A DNA stretch of 64,000 nucleotides from contig CAMWLW010000001.1 of the NCBI GenBank assembly GCA_947175245.1, positions 36,144 to 100,143 of the forward strand, in the 5' to 3' direction. Of this stretch, positions 19,630 to 27,269 are shown piece by piece; within the stretch, counting starts at the first letter, position 1, and the number at the start of each line of letters is the position of its first letter. Origin of the DNA: an uncultured Bacteroidales bacterium (GTDB lineage: Bacteria > Bacteroidota > Bacteroidia > Bacteroidales > Muribaculaceae). The notes under the pieces are model-generated. The model was not told the origin of the DNA. It saw only the letters and a list, made by a program, of their open reading frames with translations, and did not search any database. The translations under genes and the position numbers were made by a program.

Positions 19630-21237
19630 TCAATACTCATTGGTGTGAGTGTAAAACGAGTCGACATCAATATAACCTCCTGTCTCACGGGTCGCATAAT
19701 TGAAGATTGCGTAGCGCGTGCCCATGAAAAAGCGGCGGTAGTCAAATATCATCTTGAACGGCTCGCCGAGCGTTGTCCACACATCGCCGTCAAGGCTATA
19801 TGAGAACGTGGCTATGTCGCGGCCGGGATTGAAGTCAGTATCGATTTTAAAGTAGACCGTGTCGGCCTCAAAGGGAACGCGAGCCCACTCGTCGGCATAC
19901 ACATTTGTAACCTTGTGTCCGTCGCCAAGCTCCACCGAGGCCGTGCCGCACACTATATATTTGCCTTCATCATCGGCCTCAACCGCCAACACTCCTGAGT
20001 CGCCGTTAAAGGCAGCGAAACCGGCAACATCACCGGGTTTCATGCCCGAGGTCACAAATTTCACAACAGCACTGCCACCCGGGCCCTCCATGCGCTGGCT
20101 TATGGTATTGGGCGCCTCAAATATATTAGACACCACCCTGGCCGTCTTGAGTCTCAGATAGCCGGGATTTTCGGTCAACGACCATGCCGAGTCGACAGGG
20201 TTATGATTCCATTGCCACAGGACAGACATCTTTCCGTCAGCAAAATCATCCGATTCCGACACCCGGCAAACACCGTCAGCATCGAGAGTCTTTGTCACCA
20301 CCGCCGGCACCTTACCGTCGGCATCGCCCAACATAGGCACACCATCGACAAACCGACACGGGTTGAGCGTGAGCACACGTCCCACACCACCGCGATCCTG
20401 AAATATCATACCCCAGAAATTACCCTCGGTATCATCGACAAGACAGCCCTGACCTACATAGGGGAAGCCGCCGAACTCCGACTCGAGAACCACATGTTTG
20501 GTATATGGGCCGGTGATACTGTCGGCCACATAACACAACTGTCGGCGCGGCCTGCCTGCAGGCCATGAGATAACAAACGCATAATACCTGCCATCGTGCT
20601 TGATGACGCGGCTGCCCTCGTGCAGTCCGGTCTCGGTGCCGTCGGGCATAATGACAATCTGATCTATGCCGCCCGGCTTCACGCCATTGAGATCATCATT
20701 GAGCTCGCGCAGTCTTATGGGGCCGCCGTTATAGAACACATAGGCCTTGCCATCGTCGTCGAGCAGCAGCGAGGCATCGTGAAAGTGATCGGTGCGCGTG
20801 AGCAGCTCCCACGGCCCGGCTGGATTTTCGGCTGTATAGATATATGAGCGGTAGGGCTGGTCGTTGGGCGAGAACAAGACATAGAAACGTCCGTCTCTCC
20901 ACCTTATCGAGGTCGCCCACTGCCCTTTGCCATAAACGGTTCCGTCAATGAGGTCATATCTCGGTGTATCATCGAGTCGGTCAAAGACATAGCCTATCGT
21001 CTGCCAGTTGACCAGATCCTTGGAGTGCATCACGGGGCATCCCGGCATGAGATGCATCGTAGTGCTGACCATGTAATAATCATCGCCGACCCTGATAACA
21101 TCGGGATCGGGGACATCGGCCCATATAACGGGGTTATGAAACTGACCGGCCTCGGCGCGTGTACCGCCACACGACAGCAGCGCCGACGCGACGACAACCG
21201 ACAGGCTAACACAGGTCAATGTTTTAAAAATCTTCAT
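19630..21237 (-). CDS. GH43 xylosidase/arabinofuranosidase lipoprotein with a C-terminal beta-sandwich domain
   Basis: Lipobox ALLSCGG. HNPVIWADVPDPDVIRVGDDYYMVSTTMHLMPGCPVMHSKDLVNWQTIGYVF. GLHEGSRVIKHDGRYYAF. 535 aa. Confidence 0.85.
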   Translation of the reverse strand: MKIFKTLTCVSLSVVVASALLSCGGTRAEAGQFHNPVIWADVPDPDVIRVGDDYYMVSTTMHLMPGCPVMHSKDLVNWQTIGYVFDRLDDTPRYDLIDGTVYGKGQWATSIRWRDGRFYVLFSPNDQPYRSYIYTAENPAGPWELLTRTDHFHDASLLLDDDGKAYVFYNGGPIRLRELNDDLNGVKPGGIDQIVIMPDGTETGLHEGSRVIKHDGRYYAFVISWPAGRPRRQLCYVADSITGPYTKHVVLESEFGGFPYVGQGCLVDDTEGNFWGMIFQDRGGVGRVLTLNPCRFVDGVPMLGDADGKVPAVVTKTLDADGVCRVSESDDFADGKMSVLWQWNHNPVDSAWSLTENPGYLRLKTARVVSNIFEAPNTISQRMEGPGGSAVVKFVTSGMKPGDVAGFAAFNGDSGVLAVEADDEGKYIVCGTASVELGDGHKVTNVYADEWARVPFEADTVYFKIDTDFNPGRDIATFSYSLDGDVWTTLGEPFKMIFDYRRFFMGTRYAIFNYATRETGGYIDVDSFYTHTNEY

Positions 21238-21366
21238 GGCTCCAATTTTGATAATGCAAAATTAGATTTATTACGCCATGTAGGGATGCTCACATGTTAC
21301 AACAATATATTTATACGCAAACCTCGCGTACAAATCGGTAAAACATACATACCGTTTGGTAATCGG

Positions 21367-22992
21367 CTACCTGTGCGGGTGCGCGACAATCATATCTGAC
21401 ACACGCGTGCCGGGTGTCTTTTTGTCGCGGGGGTGAATGTCGTTCCACTCGCCTATATCGCCGTTCTTAATCCACTCGGCATCGTGAGTCTCCTCGGCCG
21501 CGAGTCGCTGGGCATCGCGCATCTCCTGCCAGCTGCGGCGTCCGTATGTGTCAGACGGATGCAGGAAGTCGGCCAGCTCCACGATATAGAACGGCAGAGC
21601 GTCATCGGCAAATGTCGCGCGCCAGTCGGCCATGAGAGACTTCATCAAGGCGGCATACTGAGACCGAATATCCACATCCGACTCACCCTGATACCACACC
21701 ACACCCCTGAAAGGCAGATGTCTCATCGGAGCAATCAGGCCGTTGTATAGCACTGACGGCGTCTGGAAGAAATCGGTCACCGACGGTGTCGGCGGCATCA
21801 CACACCCCGTCTTGTGGCGCCACTCACCTTCGAGCGAGACCTCATCACCATTATTAAAAATGAATTTGTGGGGTTTTTCGGGCACAAAATGAGGCACACC
21901 GCCGTTGCTCACAACACGCACGCACACAAGATTATCACCCTCGGTCAGCACACCGGCGGGCACACGATAGATGCGCGGCGGATACTGATAGGCCGTGAAA
22001 CCGACAAACGTGCCATTGACCCACACCGAGTCGGCATCGACAATGCAGCCGAGACGCAGCTCAGCCTCTTCACCGGCATGTTCCGTGGGGATTGACACGG
22101 TCTTTCTGAGCCAGTGCGAACCGTTGACAGGTTTTCCGTCACTGCTACCCCACTCTTTGCCAAGCAATTCGGTCGTCGACCAGTCATCGTCATCAAGCGT
22201 CGGAGCGTTCCATTTCAACGAGTCGTGATAGCCGGGGTCGTCGCGGTTCATAATTGCGTACCATAGATTTTGAGCCCGGCGTTCGGCCGTCGAGAGATTG
22301 CCGCGATAAGCATCATCGGCCGCCAGCTCAAGACGGTGAAGCCGTTCGGGATAGGCTGCCAGCGCATCGCGGCTCAGCCATGCCTCAATTCTGGAGCCGC
22401 CCCAGCTCGAGTTGACCACCCCCACGGGGACATGACCGTTTTTCTCATAAAGGTCTTTGGCCATGAAGTAGACGAGCGCTCCAAACTTCTCACTCTCGCC
22501 GGGCACCGCCTTTTTCCACACAGCCGGGGCCACCTCATAATCCTCAGTTTCAAATGTATAATTCTTGGGGGTCTTAAATTCACGTATATAAGGATTAGCA
22601 TAGGCGGCGACCTCGTCTTTATAGAAATCAAGCACGCGATTTACAGGGAGTTCCATATTGCTTTGGCCTGAACACAGGTACAGGTCGCCGATGAGCACAT
22701 CATTGACCGACACATCGTTCACCGTGAGCACGTGAGGGCCGCCGGGCTTCATGGGCGGCAACGTGGCGAGCCAACAACTGTCGGCACCGGCTACAGCCGA
22801 CGCCTTTTTGCCGGCAAGAGATACCGCCACAGTCTCACCCGGGGCAGCCTTCCCCCATATCTTCACTGGCTGTTGGCGTTGAAAAATGACACCGTCTGAA
22901 ATTACCGACGGCAACTTCACGCCGGCATTTGAAGCAGCGCACACAGCCAGAACGGCCAACGACATAGCCGCACGTTTAATCTTTACAGTCAT
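21367..22992 (-). CDS. SASA/DUF303-type carbohydrate acetylesterase (sialate-O-acetylesterase-like); acetyl-xylan esterase candidate in this context
   Basis: Signal peptide. GDLYLCSGQSNMELPV (SGNH-like nucleophile block). GVVNSSWGGSRIEAW. RGVVWYQGESD. 541 aa. Confidence 0.75.
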   Translation of the reverse strand: MTVKIKRAAMSLAVLAVCAASNAGVKLPSVISDGVIFQRQQPVKIWGKAAPGETVAVSLAGKKASAVAGADSCWLATLPPMKPGGPHVLTVNDVSVNDVLIGDLYLCSGQSNMELPVNRVLDFYKDEVAAYANPYIREFKTPKNYTFETEDYEVAPAVWKKAVPGESEKFGALVYFMAKDLYEKNGHVPVGVVNSSWGGSRIEAWLSRDALAAYPERLHRLELAADDAYRGNLSTAERRAQNLWYAIMNRDDPGYHDSLKWNAPTLDDDDWSTTELLGKEWGSSDGKPVNGSHWLRKTVSIPTEHAGEEAELRLGCIVDADSVWVNGTFVGFTAYQYPPRIYRVPAGVLTEGDNLVCVRVVSNGGVPHFVPEKPHKFIFNNGDEVSLEGEWRHKTGCVMPPTPSVTDFFQTPSVLYNGLIAPMRHLPFRGVVWYQGESDVDIRSQYAALMKSLMADWRATFADDALPFYIVELADFLHPSDTYGRRSWQEMRDAQRLAAEETHDAEWIKNGDIGEWNDIHPRDKKTPGTRVSDMIVAHPHR

Positions 22993-23013
22993 TATATCAA
23001 AATATTACATTTA

Positions 23014-26000
23014 TCATTCATTATTATCGGCATCAGGCTTACCGATAAGCTGTGGCGGGACGACCGGAGGCTTTCCCGACTCCCACTTGGCACGATACTC
23101 AGTCGGCGAGACACCTACAAACTTCTTGAACACCGACGAGAAGTGAGGCTGTGACGTGAATCCGAGAGCATAAGCCACCTGTGTGACCTCGATATCACCT
23201 TTCTGGAGCAGCTCACATGCACGTCTCAGACGTATCGAGCGTATGAAATCACTGGGCGTCATTCCGATCATATCTTTCATCTTGCGATGCAGATGGGCGC
23301 GGCTCACGCCCACCTCCTGAGACAGCTTCTCGACATTAAGCGTGCGGTCATCGATATTGCGGTCTATGATTTTCATCATTCGCTCCATGAGAGCCTCATC
23401 GTTGCCCTTGTACTCGGGCGACGCGATGACATCCTCAGTATCCTGCACGCCCGAGAACTTGCCTTTCATTCTCAAACGGTTATCTATCAAATTGGCTATC
23501 AACCGTTCAAGTTCATCCACGACAAACGGTTTACCGAGATAGGCATCGGCACCGCGCTCCCAGCCGGCCATGCGGTCGGCCACAGCATTCTGCGAACTGA
23601 GCAGCACCACAGGTATATGGTGAGTGTCGGCATTTGACTTGAGGCGGTGCAGCAGCGTCAGGCCGTCGACACCGGGCATCTTCACATCGCTGACTATGAG
23701 GTCGGGCATCGACTCGCTTATCGCCTTCATAGCGTCAGCACCGTTCTCAACACCTTTAACCCTGTATTTCACACCCAGCTGGCTACAAATATAATCACGC
23801 AGGTCGGCATCATCCTCAACCACAAGCACATACTTCATCATCGACGACTTCTGGCCCGATTTTGCCTGTACACCCGGCCCGAGCGTCGGCACGATACGGT
23901 TGCTGACCCTGTTTACATCTCGGGGTGTGCGATCCCGACCGGTGATAAGCTCATCTTTGCTATAGCACGAACCGTCGACCGGCAGCCTTACCGAGAATAC
24001 ACTGCCCTTGACTCCGTCCTCACGGTTCTTGCCCATGATGACTCCGTGATGAAATTCCACAAGCCGGCGGCACAGGTCGAGACCTATACCGAAACCGTCC
24101 TTATCATAGGTCATATCGTGATCTCTGTAAAACCTCTCGAATATGCGGGCCTCCATCTTGCTGTCAAGACCTATGCCGGTGTCAATGACCGACACCTCGA
24201 CGGCCGGCCCTATAACGCTATCGGTCAGCTTGCCGACTTTCACCGTAATGTCTCCGCCCGAGGGGGTATATTTTATAGCGTTTGAAATCAGATTTACCAG
24301 GATTTTATCGAAATTATCCCGGTCAACCCATATCTCAGGCACGTCGCCTTCCTCGATGAAAGATATGTTAAGCCCCTTGTCGGTGGCCTGGGGTCTGAAC
24401 ATCTCGACCAGCTCGCTTATGAACACGCCTACATTCGTGCGCCGGCACGACAGGCGCATTTTTCCCTTCTCGAGTTTACGTATCTCGAGAAGTTGGTTCA
24501 CAAGACCAAGGATACGCTGACAGTTACGGTACATCAGCTTCAGTTTCATCTTGACATCATTGTCAAACGGCTGCTTGAGCAACGATTCGAGCGGACTGAC
24601 AATGAGCGTCACCGGGGAACGTATATCATGAGATATATCCATGAAGTAACGTATGCGCGCGTCATTTTCAAGTTCCTCACGCTTTTTCTTCCTGACAGTC
24701 CACACCAACATGAACAGGGCGACCATCACCAGCGCGTAAAACAGTTTGGCGACATCTGACAGGTACCAGGGCGACGAGATACGTATCGTCAGTTCAAGAG
24801 GCTCAGACAACACATTATTTTCCACGCCCTTGATCTGCAGCTTGTATTTACCGGGGTCGAGGTGAGGCAAATATATCATATTCTCGCCGCGCCGGGTGGT
24901 GTTCCAGTCGTCATCGGCGCCATCAATATGCCACATATACTGCACATTGGAGCCATCCCTGAAATCGCGCGTCGCAAGCCGCAGCGTGAGAGCGTTCTCC
25001 TGATAGGGAAGATACAACGACGTCGGATTGCCGAGTTCACCCTCGATAATCTTGCGGTTGGCAAACTTCGTTGCCGAGGTCACCTTCTTGCCGTTCAGAT
25101 ATATGCCAGACACCCTGATGCCGCGGTCAAAGTCGGTCGACAGCAGCGAGTCGGGATTAAACGAGGTAATGCCCTTGCTGCTTGCAAGATACACAAGGTC
25201 AGATTTATCAGAAAATGCCAGCCTGTTGAACGAAGTCTCAACAAGACCGTAACCGCCTCTGAACGAGGTGAAGTGACCGTCATCGGGCGACTGATACGAC
25301 AGTCCTCTCAGCGAGCCTATCCACAGTCCGCCGTTGTTATCTATTGCGATTGTGCGCACGTCGCTGTCGAGCAGCCCGTCCTCGGCCGTGTACTTACGCA
25401 ACACCCCGTTCGACAGGTCAAGATGTATCAGGCCATGACTTGTAGCGACGACGACACTGTTCTCATCGACCGGCGCTATATCAAACGACGCCCCCGGCAG
25501 GAATGGGGCCTGGTCTATCTCGATAAACTCGTTGCTGTCAATGTCATAGCAGGCAATACCGCCATAGAGAGCCATCCATATCTTGTCGTCGGTGCGGCAC
25601 AGGTTGGATACAAACGGATTAAAGAGCGGGCCGTTGACATTGTCACACTCCAGCCATCGCTCACTGTGAGTAACGGTATTATACAACATCACGCCTTTGC
25701 CGAATACAGCGACCATCAGCTCATTCTCGCCGGCCGGCACGGCTGTTATCAACGGGTACTTACCCGGCACATCAAGCAGTTTCCTCAGTCGGCCGTCGGG
25801 CAGAGACATCTCCCACAGGCCATCGTTTGACATGCCTATTATAGCTTTGTCATCGGGTGTCATCGTGACCGAACTGATAACACCGCCGGTGCGCACCGAC
25901 GAACTCATCAACAGCTTACCGTCGGGCGAGAAAAGCGCCAGCCGTCCGGGATCAAAAGCCACGAGCACATTGCCGTTCCACGTCGTCAAAGCCTTTATAC

Positions 26001-27057
26001 CGCCGCCAAAGTCGGGGAACACATCCGACAGTTTACGGTACATGAACGGCAACATATTTACGGGCACCATAACTATACCATAATAATTGCATCCCAGCCA
26101 CAGATTGCCGTCGGGCGAGCAATATGCGGCCCCGATATTGGAATGGCTCAGATCCATAAACGACGAGTAAATATCGGTGCACGGCACCACCTCGTCCGAG
26201 CCGGGTTCCACTACCCAAAGCCCCTCACCGGGAGTGCCGACATATACCCCCCCCCATTTATCTTTGACCGACAGGCAGTTAACCCTAAAATTGGCCGGTT
26301 GGGAGAGTTTTGTGATAGAGTTATCGGCGACATAAATCCTATATACATTATTAATATCGCTTACCAGCAGATTACCTGTCGCCTCTATGGTCAGTCCGGT
26401 GATGTAATCCAATGCCACCTTGATCTCGGTTGACTGCCCGCTGCGCGAGATAGCAAACACGCTGCCGTTCTGCGTTCCGACATACAGTCGGCCGTTGGCC
26501 GAGCATACGAGAGTGTTGTAATCCTTGGCCGCGTCATTGTATGGCATATAGTTGAACGCCTCAGGCTCACCGTCTTTCTCGGTAATGGCATACATGCCCA
26601 CTCCCGACACGATAAATGTCACCGTGCCGTCGACCTGTTCGGCCAGCGCGATGACATATCCGTAGAAATTTTTAGACGGCAGCGGTATAATCCTGAACGA
26701 ATCTGACTCGGGATCATACAGATTGAGACCGTTGGCAGTGCCTACCCACAGCCTGCCCTTCGAGTCGTACAGCAACCCGAGCACACGGTTGTCGCTTATA
26801 GCCCCATCGGTATTTGATTCGGCCGTGTAAATATCACAGTTGGCACCGTCAAAACGTAGGAGCCCGGTGTCGGTGCCTATCCATAGATAGCCCGACTCAT
26901 CCTGGCAAAATGAGGTGTAACCGCCCGTCACCGTCTCGGGTGAGGCGAACAACCAGCCGGTGCGCAGTCCCATACGTTCCGACACCGCTGCCGACACGGC
27001 AAACGGCTTGATTACTGAGGCTGCTACTATCATTAACAGGATACAGTACTTTCTCAT
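23014..27057 (-). CDS. Hybrid two-component system regulator: periplasmic beta-propeller/Y_Y_Y sensor, HisKA, HATPase, REC and AraC-type HTH
   Basis: The ORF track start at 27108 is TTG; the ATG at 27055-27057 gives MRKYCILLMIVAASVIKPFA. A long repeat-rich periplasmic region is followed by a TM segment (LFYALVMVALFMLVW). H-box ISHDIRSPVT. ATPase boxes NLISNAIKYT and VIDTGIGL. Receiver VLVVEDDADL ... DLIVSDVKMPGVDG. C-terminal AraC HTH (QVAYALGFTSQPHFSSVFKKFVGVSPTEYR). Confidence 0.92.
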   Translation of the reverse strand: MRKYCILLMIVAASVIKPFAVSAAVSERMGLRTGWLFASPETVTGGYTSFCQDESGYLWIGTDTGLLRFDGANCDIYTAESNTDGAISDNRVLGLLYDSKGRLWVGTANGLNLYDPESDSFRIIPLPSKNFYGYVIALAEQVDGTVTFIVSGVGMYAITEKDGEPEAFNYMPYNDAAKDYNTLVCSANGRLYVGTQNGSVFAISRSGQSTEIKVALDYITGLTIEATGNLLVSDINNVYRIYVADNSITKLSQPANFRVNCLSVKDKWGGVYVGTPGEGLWVVEPGSDEVVPCTDIYSSFMDLSHSNIGAAYCSPDGNLWLGCNYYGIVMVPVNMLPFMYRKLSDVFPDFGGGIKALTTWNGNVLVAFDPGRLALFSPDGKLLMSSSVRTGGVISSVTMTPDDKAIIGMSNDGLWEMSLPDGRLRKLLDVPGKYPLITAVPAGENELMVAVFGKGVMLYNTVTHSERWLECDNVNGPLFNPFVSNLCRTDDKIWMALYGGIACYDIDSNEFIEIDQAPFLPGASFDIAPVDENSVVVATSHGLIHLDLSNGVLRKYTAEDGLLDSDVRTIAIDNNGGLWIGSLRGLSYQSPDDGHFTSFRGGYGLVETSFNRLAFSDKSDLVYLASSKGITSFNPDSLLSTDFDRGIRVSGIYLNGKKVTSATKFANRKIIEGELGNPTSLYLPYQENALTLRLATRDFRDGSNVQYMWHIDGADDDWNTTRRGENMIYLPHLDPGKYKLQIKGVENNVLSEPLELTIRISSPWYLSDVAKLFYALVMVALFMLVWTVRKKKREELENDARIRYFMDISHDIRSPVTLIVSPLESLLKQPFDNDVKMKLKLMYRNCQRILGLVNQLLEIRKLEKGKMRLSCRRTNVGVFISELVEMFRPQATDKGLNISFIEEGDVPEIWVDRDNFDKILVNLISNAIKYTPSGGDITVKVGKLTDSVIGPAVEVSVIDTGIGLDSKMEARIFERFYRDHDMTYDKDGFGIGLDLCRRLVEFHHGVIMGKNREDGVKGSVFSVRLPVDGSCYSKDELITGRDRTPRDVNRVSNRIVPTLGPGVQAKSGQKSSMMKYVLVVEDDADLRDYICSQLGVKYRVKGVENGADAMKAISESMPDLIVSDVKMPGVDGLTLLHRLKSNADTHHIPVVLLSSQNAVADRMAGWERGADAYLGKPFVVDELERLIANLIDNRLRMKGKFSGVQDTEDVIASPEYKGNDEALMERMMKIIDRNIDDRTLNVEKLSQEVGVSRAHLHRKMKDMIGMTPSDFIRSIRLRRACELLQKGDIEVTQVAYALGFTSQPHFSSVFKKFVGVSPTEYRAKWESGKPPVVPPQLIGKPDADNNE
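26247..26255. repeat. Homopolymeric C9 (G9 on the coding strand) inside the sensor domain of the HTCS gene
   Basis: Read directly: catataCCCCCCCCCattta. The coding strand is AAA TGG GGG GGG GTA (K W G G V). It is the longest G/C homopolymer I saw in the window. Confidence 0.95.
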
Positions 27058-27075
27058 GATATTAGTATTAGACTG

Positions 27076-27083
27076 CAAACATA
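27076..27083 (-). promoter_or_regulatory. Candidate -7 box TATGTTTG for the HTCS gene
   Basis: The plus strand reads caaacata, which is TATGTTTG on the minus strand, 19 nt upstream of the ATG at 27057. No clear -33 element. Confidence 0.3.
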
Positions 27084-27108
27084 CGGAAAAAGTCAGTAAA
27101 AAATTCAA

Positions 27109-27160
27109 TTATGTCTCTTTGGGAGACATAATTATACAAATTGACATCACAATGAGACAT
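27109..27160. promoter_or_regulatory. Perfect 9-bp inverted repeat (TTATGTCTC-N5-GAGACATAA) plus a third GAGACAT half-site in the HTCS/GH115 divergent intergenic region; candidate operator
   Basis: ttatgtctc at 27109-27117, loop tttgg, gagacataa at 27123-27131, and a further gagacat at 27154-27160. It lies between the two divergent promoter candidates. Confidence 0.35.
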
Positions 27161-27208
27161 TTTTATATCCCGAATATACAGATTACAACCCTCTACATAC
27201 ATACATTA

Positions 27209-27239
27209 TTTGAGCGGTTTTAAAATTTTCATAACTTTG
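27209..27239 (+). promoter_or_regulatory. Bacteroidetes-type promoter (TTTG-N19-TAACTTTG) for the GH115-xylA-xylB operon
   Basis: TTTG at 27209-27212 and TAACTTTG at 27232-27239, with 19-nt spacing. The -7 box ends 31 nt upstream of the ATG at 27270. It matches the -33 TTTG / -7 TAnnTTTG consensus described for Bacteroides. Confidence 0.5.
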
Positions 27240-27269
27240 CAACTGACAAACCAACCAATACCCGATATC

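Noticed and set aside
19366-27206. A recurring (C)GTATGTTT / AAACATAC(G) motif in four intergenic regions: 19366 and 19408 on the plus strand, 21340-21353 and 27077-27086 as the complement, and ACATACATAC at 27195-27206. I first considered it a shared operator of the xylan regulon.
   Set aside because: The core TATGTTTG/TATGTTTT is essentially the Bacteroides -7 promoter consensus TAnnTTTG. At 27076-27083 it sits exactly where the HTCS -7 box should be. The recurrence is therefore most simply explained by promoter-like sequence in AT-rich spacers. It would need genome-wide statistics to claim more.
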